DNA of 64,000 nt from Perkinsus chesapeaki ATCC PRA-425 (GCA_013115145.1 JAAPAO010000113.1:8810-72809); one strand, 5' to 3'; numbered from the stretch's first letter, positions 1-11,871 are shown. Notes: generated from the letters alone by a model not told the origin. Made by a program: numbers and translations.

Positions 1-1649
1 ATCCAATTATTATCATATATCCAATATCATACATTATAAACCAAATATTATCCAATATATTGTACTCCACTGCATTTTTGAAGAAATGAAGCTGCGGTGG
101 AGCCTTTTCCGAATCCATCTACATTTTTCGAATATCTTCCCATCTTCCTCAAAGAAATCAGAATTTTCCTCCTTTTCATGCATTTCCCCGACAAGTGTGT
201 AAAACTATACCTACTACAAAGCTGCTAAACTTTACCCTCATCGTCTATCCTTTACAAGATCATATGACCTATTGCATTTCTAAGAATGGGTATCCTTCGG
301 GTATGTTGAAGGGTTATTATTCATCACTCTACGCTCAGTACTCAAGAAGCTCCGACAACTGTCAGACTCAAAGGAAATTCTGATCATTCGGTGAATTCTA
401 CGGAACCATCAACAACTGCATCGTGATGATGACAGGGTGTAATATTAGCTCACATCAAGCCCCGACGTATCTTGTTGATCTGTAATGAAGCATCGACATG
501 CAAAACCGGGTAAATAAGGAGGATTGTGAAGCACTGCGCAATGTACATTGTTGCACTCCACTCACAGTTGTATTTATTGAGTTTTCACCATTCATTAACA
601 TTACTATAATAATATCTTATACATTAACAATTGATACGATAAGTCACTCGAAAGTGGGATTCATCTGGTCTCACTGTAAACTGCTTTACTGCATGGACTT
701 GGATACTGTAAGAGATACAATGGAGATTACTCTTCTATAATATAATTATGATGACGATGAAGATATAGTTCATTCCGTCTGGGGACATTACTGAATTCAG
801 TCCAGGTCCATTGAGTTGTCTTAGATCGAATAATATATTAACACATTATATTGATATATTGACGATTGACCGTGTCCTTCGGTCCCTATTCCTCTACGAG
901 CCAGAGTCTGTAGTGACCATAAGTCACGCCTCCCTCACTCCCGAAATATTGCTTTCATCAAAATAGTCGGGGACTCCAGTTCACTCTAGTTTACCTTCAA
1001 ATAAGCAAACCCCATCTCGGTAACATTAAGAAGGTGCTCGAAATAATCGTGCAGATCCTGGCGTGTTTCCTCTCGCCATGCCATCACCTCCGACGTACTG
1101 TTCTGCAACAACCGTGATTCTATAGCAGCCTGAAAATGAACAAACCTCAACAACCAATCAACAATTATACCATTATTATGATCATAATATCATACTGAAG
1201 AATTGTTCGCGACATGATCAATGCCGAATCCGAAAGAGCGCATTACATTACACCACGCGAGCGAGTAGAAGCTGCGGGAAACTACTATAACTACACAACT
1301 TCTAATCTGCCCTCAGCAGCAGCCGCCCTAAATCCATCTCATCTTCACAATAATTTTCCATACATTTTTGTAACACCTATATTTCCCCACAGACCTACCG
1401 CCTCCTGCATTATCAACTTCTGAGTATCTCCTCTATGTGCCGCTATTGTTCTCGATGCTGCGATGTGACCGGCCATCACAGCGACAATTACGAGGCTTAT
1501 TATTGCTAGAACGGTCATCAAGGCCAGAACGGGCCTGTCTCGAATCGACCGCAGAGCTCTGAGGAGACCAACATCACAGACTACGCCTCACCAAACTGTC
1601 TACGAATGCCTCAAACAAAGAGAATCAAGAAATAATAACCTATCACATC

Positions 1650-1835
1650 TCCACCACGACAGTACGTTCACTGATGATGAGGTCGGCGCCAAGATAGAGC
1701 AAGGAGGAATTCCCCGTTCGTTCGATGGGTTGTCTCTACATTATTTCTATCATACCAAAAGTCTTGTGCCGCTCCTGCAGCGACAGCTGCAGTCAACAAT
1801 GAGCTCGGGCTGGTTTGCCAGCTTCCACTATTGGC
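1650..1835 (+). mobile_element. Possible decayed non-LTR retrotransposon fragment (region N-terminal to RT)
   Basis: Reads TFTDDEVGAKIEQGGIPRSFDGLSLHYFYHTKSLVPLLQRQLQSTMSSGWF, loosely like the LINE EV..I...S.G.DG...FY...L.P.L..L.....G.F segment. No intact ORF. Confidence 0.3.
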
Positions 1836-2249
1836 AATGAACTAAATGAGCTCATTTGAAGTGAGTAAAGTTATCGTAGAATGCGAAACACCGATGATTG
1901 ATGAGGCATGGAAGGCAGTGAAATCAGCATTTTTGAGAATACTGGAAGAAGTAGCCTCTGTATCCTAGATCACCGATCACAAACCCTATGAGAACAGGAA
2001 CCCTCAAGAAGCCTAACAGACACACTTTGCTACTGCAGCTCCCTTCGTCACTCGCCCTGTAATTAAATATCACTAAAGTACTTGAAAACGCTCGACATAC
2101 TGCAACATTGCACGTTTCGACATAAAGGAGAGCCTGAAATTACTATGTCAGATAATAACCATATACTCAGGAGGCTTGTGTGAATTAAAGAACACCTAAA
2201 GCCTAGCAGCCTAAATCAATATACTACTGTTTCGTCACTCGCCCTTTAA

Positions 2250-2639
2250 TTATATATTGCATAATTCGACATAATGGAGAGTCAACTCTATGCTCTTCAA
2301 AAGGACCTGCCCGGCCCCGTCTGCATTACCTGAGGCATCCCGTAACGAGACTTTCGCCAGATTGCAAACCTGACATAACAAGGGATCGAACCAGGTACCG
2401 TTCATAAGGCAAACAAAAAGCTTAACCACACCACCAAATCCTCTCGTACCTCCGAAGGTCCCCAGTGGCAGGCCTTCATGCTCCGCAACAGTCTGCTTCT
2501 TAGACAACACCAACTCCAATTCCGATACACGCCGAAGCAACTTGTCGTTGAACGATTTCACCGAGGCTAGTTCAGCCTGACCATTGAGAGCAAATATCCA
2601 CTTCCCTCGGGCAAAGAAATGAAATCCTCCGATCATCAC
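2250..2639 (-). CDS. Hypothetical protein or gene fragment (129 aa)
   Basis: Open frame with a coiled-coil-like stretch and EGLPLGTFGG, which resembles EGDLPLGTYEG in the secreted protein at 27506-28790. No clear start or signal peptide. Confidence 0.3.
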   Translation of the reverse strand: MMIGGFHFFARGKWIFALNGQAELASVKSFNDKLLRRVSELELVLSKKQTVAEHEGLPLGTFGGTRGFGGVVKLFVCLMNGTWFDPLLCQVCNLAKVSLRDASGNADGAGQVLLKSIELTLHYVELCNI

Positions 2640-4660
2640 TGCTGCTCAAGATTTACTGGAAGTGCAAAATATCGATATAAGAGCCCTTATTCCCAACCTT
2701 TGCCTGCCAAAGGCGATTCAGGGATATTGAAGATAGATAACACGGCAAAAATGGTAAAATTAAAATACAGCATTTGGAGATAGAGTTGATTTCGATAACC
2801 GAATGAAAATAATGAATTAATTACTGATAGAAAGTATAGATTATCTATGACGATACTAATGTTATCAATATACAGTATATTACTAGTAATCGATATATAC
2901 CTATTTCATGAGATGGAGGCATTTTCCAAGCCCAGAGATATATTTTACGCTGTGGTGAGTTTTGAGTATCTTTACTACAAGTAACCCATATCTCAATATA
3001 GATAAAGCCATGAAACCGTTCGTATTAAATTAATCCCTAAATAATGATATTCCCTCTCCCTCAGGGGCAGTCCGTTAAAGACCAATGGCATGCCTCGAAG
3101 TGGAATTAATGACACTACATACAAGTGCCATGAACACTGAGAAAATCAACCATCCAGAAAATTTTACAAGATCAATCAATTTTACGTGAGCCCATCAAAA
3201 TACATCTAGAAAGCTTTCGCAAATTCGCTGAGCGCTTTCTAAGTCATGTACACGAGAAAATTTTGTGTTAATCTCGAGAATAGCGGCACCCGATTGAGAG
3301 GACCGCTGAACCACCATCTTACTACCAGCAAAGTATCATTATTTGCCATCAACTCCCTTTGCATCACCGCTGATTTCTCTGCATCGGCCGAAAGTCTGCG
3401 AACGTGCACAACCAGAGGCACTCTGGAGGAAGTGGGCTTGGTGAAACGCTCCTGAATAAACATGATTGAAGATGGCGAAGGTAAATTGTTCAGTATACTG
3501 ATGCTGACAGTTATTATGGTGATCTTCCTGTGTAATATTTTCTAGTATACTTTTCGGTGCGGTAGTAATGCGATAATGGTTCTAGTGCACGATAACTCTG
3601 ATCCGCGCACAAAGGGTCCCGGATTGATATATTAATGATACTTCTTCACGGAAAGCTAATAGTATCACTAGCCAGCAAGGTCACTGTAATGAATCTTCAT
3701 TGCAGTTCTGTATAATAAATTCTCCGTATATACATAGTTCACACGAGTACGTTCGTAGGGGCACGAAGAATCCACCGTTAGTATATAATACTAATAATCC
3801 CCCCAAAACCTGTATCATTATTATCATACAAGATTCCCGTAATGACTCCCTATCAAAGCTCTTTACAATAATATCAACACCTTCTATACCTCAACACACT
3901 ACCTGTGTCAATGGGAAGTTGGCAGCGGTCATGAGCTGGCATGAACCTGTCCCTGCAGTATCCCACTTCATTGCCACCCAATCGCTCAATTCCTCTAGTG
4001 ACCGCACTTGCAACTCATAAGGACCTTCCTTGTGCTGCCCCAAAACCTTAAAGGGTTTTTAACAACCTCTCGTTCAAAGGTAATTATTACTTTTAAAACA
4101 ACATGCCTCGTGACATCAGGGCATCCGTCGGTTAGTTCCGGAATGGTCTCGGGCTGTGGACTGGTGCCGTTACAGTGTCTGTTGAAAATTAGAGATTTAT
4201 TCAACTTATTATATTTGCAATATTTATTAACAGTTGGACGCAACAACTGCATCGGATAAATCATTATTATATGTCATTATACGTGTAATAAAATATAATC
4301 TATATGATTCGTTGAACATCAATTCTCCTGTTCCGAAACTAAACGCTCAAACACTAGCTCGAGATTTTCGCACAGAAGCCTTTTAACAAGCGCGAGTTAA
4401 TGTAGGACCCGCTACCTTCGATAAAGATCTCCAGAATACTTGAGTGAATGATGATGCATTGGAAAATATTAAGTAACTTGGCGGTTGGCAGCAGTGTACA
4501 GTTGTCAATGTTAAAGGGAAGCTTGTTCAGATTGCAGTGCCCCCCCAGCCACTGAGCCAATCATGCGGAATGCGAGGACCAATACTTTCCAATAGCAAGT
4601 CGCCTAGGCTTCAAAATTGAACAATTTGTGAAATGGTCATTTGAGAATTTACCATCTGAA

Positions 4661-4738
4661 AAATCTACTTGCCAGGGATCGAACCAACGCCTTCTGGGGT
4701 AGAAAGCATCACTTTAACCGCTACACCAAATTGCACGA
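4661..4738 (-). pseudogene. Degenerate tRNA-like sequence (Val-like; tRNA pseudogene or SINE head)
   Basis: Minus strand TGGTGTAGCGGTTAAAGTGATGCTTTCTACCCCAGAAGGCGTTGGTTCGATCCCTGGC has A-box and B-box motifs at tRNA spacing, but the stems pair poorly. Confidence 0.5.
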
Positions 4739-5339
4739 TGACAATATTGTAGGTTGAAGTTTGTGGGATCAAGATCCTGCCGAGTCAATTGATTGGGAAT
4801 ACTCAATGGCATCTGCTGAGAGGGATTCATACAGCGAGCCTAATAATTAGGCCTTAATTCCCGTACGATACGAGTAAGAACTCAACGTACATCGTTAAAT
4901 CGTTTCACCCACAAGGCAACGAGAATAAGCTTACATCTGTGCCATGACTGGTGCTCAACAGGGGATGACTTACCTGGGATAGATGATGCTTAGAATTCAT
5001 ATAACACGGATGCTTGTGGGATATTAGGGAATCAGGCAAGAGACACTCTTGAAGAGAGTGACCAAGGTATTGGTCAACAACAACATCATATAATTCACCA
5101 AACGGTAAGTACAAGTGACTTTTTAGGAAGCATGTAGCAGTAGGAATGTACCTGGCTCATCAGTGTCATTCTGTAAGAGAGATTATGGCGTTGATTTGTT
5201 GTTCCTTTTATCTGTCAAACTCGAGCTTTTTTCGTCGAACATGAAGGGAAAATCTGAGAATGTGTCAAACTTGTGGAGCATACTGATGTTCGTGCGAGCA
5301 TGACACGCGCACACATTCACTGCACAAAAACTCTGCGAC

Positions 5340-6115
5340 TTTCGTTGAGTGACGGCGGAACATAATCGTCATATTATAGTTCCGGTTGTCCCTAAATGAC
5401 GTGTGAGTCGTATTTGCTGCGTTGTATAATATACTATAAGTCCCCATTTTCTTTGGTACACTTGTATTCCATGCTGCTAAGGTAACATAACAAGCAATCG
5501 TTATCATGTAAAACGATACCACGTCCGGAGACAAATAGACATTTCTGGTATGCCGATGTCAACATTACTTCGCCCTTCCAAGTTGATGATGGATACTCCG
5601 ATCGATAGTAGCGCGATTGAAGCATTTGATAGCCCGACATTTCCACTCCGTAGGACTAAATGCCCGGATATCGTTAACACTACGAAGCCTTCGTAACGAA
5701 GGTAGTGGGTATAGCTAAACCATTCGGGGCCTAGAAGTATATGGGAGCCTCGTTACTCACTATTTATACGGCAAATACTGCATGTGTCCACGAGGTCATG
5801 ATCTATGTTTATGTCTGACACTTGGGCACGGGGAATGCTCCTTGGGTACGGGGAAGCAAGGCAACCCCGCTATCCCGGTATTACGGCAGCGTGTTCGTGG
5901 TACAGTGGTATCGGCCGAATATGCTGCTGCTCATCTCTCTCGGCAGTGCTGGTGATGTGGTCACCGAAGCGGCTACTGCAAAGCTGAGCTCTGCTGTGGC
6001 AAGGCGTCATGACCACGAGAAAGTCAGAACCCTTTCGGAAAATCGCCGGGGCGAACTGACCGAGGTGAGGTTTCTGGTCTTGTCGAAAATATCCTACCAA
6101 AGTTCTCTATCCTGA
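5340..6115 (+). pseudogene. Decayed L-asparaginase paralog (central and C-terminal part)
   Basis: Frameshifted or stopped fragments match the intact gene downstream in order: SDG-RNIIVIL vs SDGRRNIIVSIIL; SAIEAFDSPTFP vs GTIEAFKSPKYP; GTGNAP vs GTGTAP; LISLGSAGDVVTEAATAKLS..RRGEL vs LISLGVISAKDMTTEAAITKLS..IRGEI. Confidence 0.65.
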
Positions 6116-7053
6116 GAATAGCACCACCGAAATGGAACCCTGTCGTGACTCTTCAATTCACTTGCTTTGCAGCACACCATTTGTCCATGTGCTTTGCACT
6201 ATGCTCGTACAGAGCCTATCCAGAGCAGCTTTCAGTATGTTACTAAAGAGTGTACTCGACAACTCACTATTTGGCCTCTTCCACGTTGGCTCCATTGGAT
6301 TCGCTCTTTACCCTCATGGGCTTCGTGTTCGCGAGTTGGCCGAGTGATGGCCTCAAGTGAAGCGAACAGCTGTCACGGCGTAGTAAATGGAAAGTTGCCG
6401 TTTTCCAGTTTTCTATACTGTAACTGTCAGAGGATCACCGTAACACACGGTCCGTATACGGCAAGGGGGGGCCCAGGAGGGGGCTACAGAAACAACCCTT
6501 TAGTGAGAACTCGTCACCTTCTTTGTATTGCGGCGCAACAGTTGTGCGGTCTCACACAAGTTGCACGTTCACATGGCCGACTCTGCAACCTGCGATAACC
6601 CGATTAGAGCATTGACTGCTACAAAACGCGAATCAGGTAGAGTATAGATATAAGCCAGATCAACATGGACATGACATGGACCGCACCAATCGAATAATCA
6701 TTGAATCAGAACTTATCAGAGATTTGGGCCTGTCCCTTCGTCACACTCCCGATTCCGGGGTCCCGAACCATGGGCTTTTGACCAAAGAAGAAAAGGTACC
6801 AGTAAGGACGTTTTGCCATGACTCGAAGTCTTTGAGTCAAAGAGAAACTGGCGAATGGGGTCAATCGGGGGACGCTCAGATGGATAAAATGATTGTTTTT
6901 ACGTGGACTTCCGTGACATATCGGTCACGCGGTGAGTCACGAGCATGCTCCGCAACGTCGATCCATGAACAACGCGTTGATTTCGATTGCGAGGTGTGTG
7001 GTTAACGTGTGCTAGCAGACACTTTTCTGTCTATCTCTTTTCCTCTTCCACCG

Positions 7054-8674
7054 ATGCGTTCTCCCACCCTATCACTTGCGCTGGCTACTCAAGCTTTCGG
7101 GGATTATTGCAAGCAACTCTGCGATTTTTCCGCGGAGTGCCGTTTGTCTAAGCACGGTTCTTATACCAAGGATACCGGGGCTTGTTTCGGTTTTTACCAT
7201 CGCAACAAGTCCTTCTGCTTTGATCCGGCGAGACAAGGCGGCTGCGGCAGCTCCGATTCCAGGCCAGTCTTCGCGCCCAACGTTAAGCATGAAGCTGGGA
7301 AGGTACGACCTTGACAGCTTGCCCCCTCTAGCCTGGCTTTATTTCAGGTCCTCGTTATATACACTGGTGGTACGATCGGTATGATGCCGTTTCCCAATGG
7401 TACACTCCATCCAGTTCCAGGATATCTTACAAATCAGATTCATAATCTACCCGAACTTAAAGCTAACGGAATGCCCGAGGTTACTGTAGGTTATGTCATG
7501 AGGTCTGTTTCTAGTATCTGATTCATGTTAGGTTATCGAATGGGATAATCTAATCGATAGTTCAGATATGTCAACAGAAGGATGGGTAACTATGGCCAAG
7601 GTAGAGTATCTCTTCCCTTGAATTGTTAATATCTTCTCCAGGCTGTTGAGGATAACTATGATGAATATGATGGATTTGTAATCCTTCATGGAACTGATAC
7701 AATGGCATATACTTCGAGTGCTTTATCTTTCATATTTTCCAATTTGGCCAAGACGGTTATCGTCACTGGTTCAATACTTCCCTTCAGCGACCCTCATTCT
7801 GATGGACGCCGTAACATCATAGTTTCCATTATTTTAGCAGGTGGGTCACGTCAGTACACGCCTGTTGTCTTATTGATCTCGCTGCCAGGTCTGTACAACA
7901 TACCTGAAGTTTCACTGTTCTTCGGCACCCAGCTCCTACGGGGGAGCCGCTCTGTCAAAGTAAGTTATCAGTTTCTATTTGCCTTCCAGGCTTCAGTAAC
8001 GGCTTTCTTCAGGGCGAGAGTGGGACAATTGAGGCGTTCAAGTCGCCCAAGTATCCTGCCCTGGCTACAGTTCATGCAGGAATAACTTTCCTGAATGCTG
8101 AATATTTGGTGCCTACAAGTTCCTTCGAGGCCCAAAAAGAGATGGAGGGATCTTTGCTCGTCGTTCGTCTGGTATGTTGTTATCTTTCACCGCTATGCTC
8201 GCTATGCTTTTACGTCGGTTTGACGCGTTACGTTGTTGCTCGCTCTCTCTTCCTCAGTCCCCTTGCTTGGCCAGTCTATATTCGATGGACTTAGAAGTGG
8301 TGAAGGGTGTCATCCTCCTATTGTACGGTACCGGAACTGCCCCGTCTAATCCTCGTTTCATCAGCTGGCTTAAAAGGTGAGTCTTTCTATACAACTGCTC
8401 ATGTACAGCGGAATGCTCTTATTTTTTCAGGCTTCAAGAAAAGGAAATTCCTGTTATCGGAGTATCTCAGATCGTCCATGGCACGATCTCCTTAGCCCGC
8501 TACGCCGCCGGCGCTCAACTGATCTCTCTGGGAGTCATCAGTGCAAAAGATATGACCACGGAAGCGGCCATTACTAAGCTCAGCTACTTGCTCGCCCAGG
8601 GCTACGATCGTGCCCGAATCAATGACGAGTTCGGCTCTTCGATAAGAGGGGAGATTATAGATGTAAGCTTATGA
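7054..8674 (+). CDS. Type-I L-asparaginase (AnsA/lysophospholipase-like), multi-exon, with N-terminal signal-like peptide and Cys-rich module
   Basis: Spliced translation (introns e.g. 7303-7347, 7486-7531, 7601-7641) gives VLVIYTGGTIGM, IDSSDM, ILHGTDTMAYTSSALSF, LLRGSRSVK, GTGTAP, DMTTEAAITKLSYLL, IRGEI; stop TGA at 8672-8674. Exon 1 (7054-7302) is in phase with exon 2. Splice sites around 8180-8250 are unresolved. Confidence 0.88.
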
Positions 8675-9271
8675 GTTAACCTCGGAACGAACACCCTCCT
8701 TTCAGGCCAGTACGCCGACTATGCTCGATCTGACTTGGTGATCAGATATATTATGACTGAAGATTCTTTAGAGTCTCAAAGAAGGCTCTTTGAAGTCTTC
8801 TAAGCTTCATTCAAAGCCCCAGGATACATACTGTCCAGGGACAAAATAGTCCCTACTGAGATTTTTCTGAATGCTTGCACCTACCGGGTACAGCAGTCAC
8901 TGTTGAACAGTAAGTCATTTCCGTAAGTGAGTTGACCACAATCCTAACGGCTTCCCACACAAGTTAATTTCGGCATACTGTGGAGTTTGTTAATTTGGGG
9001 GGAAAATGAGTTAGTGAAAATAGCATTCTGCTTCAGTATGATGAATAATCTGGAGAAAGGTGACAAGTTGACTGTCCGTATTGCCATCAAGATGTTCCGA
9101 GCCAGAAAGGTTTGATGCTCAATTGTCCTGGAATATAGTAGACGCATGAATACTCTCACGCCTCACAACTCAACACGGCTTAATCCCTAGAAATGAGTTA
9201 TCACATGCACACACAGTTATATACTTCGCAGAAGGAAGGTGCTTCTGGCTGACATGAAAGACTAAACAATA

Positions 9272-9829
9272 TCAACACCTCGATGCAACATCGGAAAAAA
9301 TGCCATCGAATCGAATTAGAACTCCGCCTGTTTGGTATTCAGCATATGGCTCAGTGCCGAGAGCTTGCAGTAGCTTCTGAAACTCCGCGTCGAAATTGCT
9401 GAGGCGAATCTCGCTACCAACCAACTCATAATCTGCAGTGTAGACCTTCTGAGCGATCGAGAGCAGCACTGAAGTCTCGTCAAAAGTCAATCGATAATCT
9501 CCGCCTGGGTATGGCGAGGTGCCGCACCAACTCCCCAAAATATCCGACACCGACGGACCCGTAGCCGGTGGAACTGGGGCGACTTCAGCTTGGTCACAGG
9601 GGAGCTCATCACCAGCGCAAGTGGCGTCAGCTGGAGCATAGCAAGGTGTACCGTCGGACTTGATGTGAATCCCGAAACAATTAGCTGGAGTCTTCCAAGA
9701 CTTGCAGTATGTCTGGTCGCATCCCGGAATACCCGAGCAAGCACTCATGCACGCAGCATCCTGTGTAGAATCACAGTAGCTCATTGCGATCAGTGAAAAG
9801 AGAACGACGAGGCGGACAGGGTAGGCCAT
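9272..9829 (-). CDS. Secreted protein with one Cys-rich module and a C-terminal G-x-WCG-x-SP domain
   Basis: Single exon. Signal peptide MAYPVRLVVLFSLIAMSYCDS; module CMSAC..C..TYCK..CFG..CY..C..C; C-terminal domain aligns with that of 10564-11871 (ILGSWCGTSP vs VVGNWCGSSP; both end in C). Confidence 0.85.
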   Translation of the reverse strand: MAYPVRLVVLFSLIAMSYCDSTQDAACMSACSGIPGCDQTYCKSWKTPANCFGIHIKSDGTPCYAPADATCAGDELPCDQAEVAPVPPATGPSVSDILGSWCGTSPYPGGDYRLTFDETSVLLSIAQKVYTADYELVGSEIRLSNFDAEFQKLLQALGTEPYAEYQTGGVLIRFDGIFSDVASRC

Positions 9830-10563
9830 GAGAAAAATGAGATAAACAGCAACCTGGCATACAACCACGGTAAAGATGGAAAGGTAAATCAATTTCGACA
9901 ACTTTCAGCAGCATAAAGGGATGAGCAGAAATAGGAAACGGTTTCAAGATACTCCCACACAAGCACACACACTGTGACAGTTTCCCACTAACCATCATAT
10001 CTCAAATGGACATACTGTTTGTGCAACCACGAATAGCTTAACACTGTTAGCTTGATTATATTGCACAAAGAGTCCCAAAAAGTATTCCATCAAATGCGGA
10101 TCAGGACAGCAACTGCCTACTGCTTGCAGGCATGTGTTTCACAGCCGCCAACCAAGAGGAGTTGGCGTGCAAACAAAGCAGTGCAGAACGGTGCAAGGTA
10201 GAATTAACAAACAATAATAGCACTCGATAGAGCTCAGCTGCTACAACTGCACATTACTGATAGTACGCCACTGTTATCGCCGCTTCAGACTCTGAAGTTA
10301 AGGAACCATTTACCGAACGAACATTCTCAGAAATTAAGTCAAACAAGAGTAACAACAAGAACAATCCTCAATACTCGGCAGTCACGAGTTTATAAAGTTG
10401 AAAAGTCAAAACAGCCACGCATGTGAACTGCAACTCAACTCGCTTGGTGTTATAATCAAACTAACAAGCTACTATTCAGATTACAGATGATTAGATATTG
10501 AAAATACTTTTTAATCAATATTTGAACTCTCTCCCTGGAGAGGGCAAATGCGACTAAATATAC

Positions 10564-11871
10564 TTAGCATGTGGAAAGAGTAGTAGAGAAGACATTAACA
10601 AGTTCGACATATATACCTTCAGAGGTATATGTTGCGAGAAGAGTGGAATCTAGTGATGAAAGTAGGCTCTCCAGCACAGGATCAGGATTCTCGATAACAA
10701 TGTTATACCCGTCCAGATAGTACGTAGCAGTGAATGGCTGACCGGAGACGAAGATCGTCACTATCTGATCGGCACCCATGGTAACTTCCATTGGTCCCAG
10801 CGGAGAACTACCACACCAATTTCCGACGACATCGTCGATGGTTGGGTAACCCGGATCTACGGTGGTGTCAACGGAAGCCTCGGTGGTGTCAACGGGAGCC
10901 TCGGTGGTGTCAACGGGAGCCTCGGTGGNNNNNNNNNNNNNNNNNNNNNNNNNNNNNNNNNNNNNNNNNNNNNNNNNNNNNNNNNNNNNNNNNNNNNNNN
11001 NNNNNNNNNNNNNNNNNNNNNNGCTGGTCTCGTAGGGAGCCTCAGTGGTCTCGTAGGGAGCCTCAGTGGTCTCGTAGGGAGCCTCAGTGGTCTCGTAGGG
11101 AGCCTCAGTGGTCTCGTAGGGAGCCTCAGTGGTCTCGTATGGAGCCTCAGTAGTCTCGTATGGAGCTCCAGTGGTCTCAACAGGAGCCTCAGTCGTCTCA
11201 TATGGAGGCTCAGTCGTCTCATAAGGAGGCTCAGTGGTCTCGTATGGAGCCTCAGTGGTCTCGTATGGAGCCTCAGTGGTCTCGTATGGAGCCTCAGTGG
11301 TCTCATACGGAGCTTCACTGGTCTCGTACGGAGCTTCAGTGGTCTCGTTCGGAGCTTCAGTGGTCTCGTACGGAGCCTCAGTCGTCTCATAAGGAGCCTC
11401 AGTCGTCTCGTAAGGAGCCTCAGTCGTCTCGGAAGGAGCCTCAGTCGTCTCAATAGGGGCTTCGGAGCAGAGCAAAGGTTCCCCTTCACACGAGCCATCT
11501 TCGCTGTCATAACACAGAGACTCGTCAGCTCCTACTTTGATACCAAAGCAAACGGGTGGATCAGCCCAGGTTTTGCAATATGATCCCGAGTCTGAGCTCA
11601 CACAAGAATCAATGCTGTTACAAGCATTCGTGCAACGAATAGTTGTAGCATTGCCGCAGGATACTGGGGTCAACACAGTGTCGTCACAATCTGGATCAAC
11701 ACCATAGAAGCACGTCGAGGAGTTTTCGTGGTAAAGTCCGTAGCAGAGACCGTTCTCCTTGCAGTAAGAGATGTCGCAGCCTGTGGTGTTGCCACAAACA
11801 TCGGAGCAACTTTCCGTGGCCCGCACGCTCGGGATGAGGGTAATGGCTACAACGGTCCAAAGAAGGTACAT
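10564..11871 (-). CDS. Secreted mucin-like protein: two Cys-rich modules, ETTEAP repeat stalk, G-x-WCG-x-SP domain
   Basis: Signal peptide MYLLWTVVAITLIPSVRA; two 8-Cys modules; Thr/Glu/Pro 7-aa repeats; spans an N gap at 10929-11022, so true length is unknown. Confidence 0.88.
   Translation of the reverse strand: MYLLWTVVAITLIPSVRATESCSDVCGNTTGCDISYCKENGLCYGLYHENSSTCFYGVDPDCDDTVLTPVSCGNATTIRCTNACNSIDSCVSSDSGSYCKTWADPPVCFGIKVGADESLCYDSEDGSCEGEPLLCSEAPIETTEAPSETTEAPYETTEAPYETTEAPYETTEAPNETTEAPYETSEAPYETTEAPYETTEAPYETTEAPYETTEPPYETTEPPYETTEAPVETTGAPYETTEAPYETTEAPYETTEAPYETTEAPYETTEAPYETTEAPYETSXXXXXXXXXXXXXXXXXXXXXXXXXXXXXXXXTEAPVDTTEAPVDTTEASVDTTVDPGYPTIDDVVGNWCGSSPLGPMEVTMGADQIVTIFVSGQPFTATYYLDGYNIVIENPDPVLESLLSSLDSTLLATYTSEGIYVELVNVFSTTLSTC
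10862..11460 (-). repeat. 21-nt coding tandem repeat (ETTEAPY / DTTEAPV)
   Basis: Units such as gtctcgtagggagcctcagtg are repeated more than 20 times with variants; assembly gap inside. Confidence 0.97.

Noticed and set aside
6676-7005. 109-aa ORF with IIIESELIRDLGLSL resembling a retroviral protease end
   Set aside because: No DTG/DSG motif or other pol domains; GC-normal chance ORF possible.
10791-11510. ORFs 10791-11153, 10857-11510 and 11160-11456
   Set aside because: Shadow frames of the 21-nt mucin repeat.
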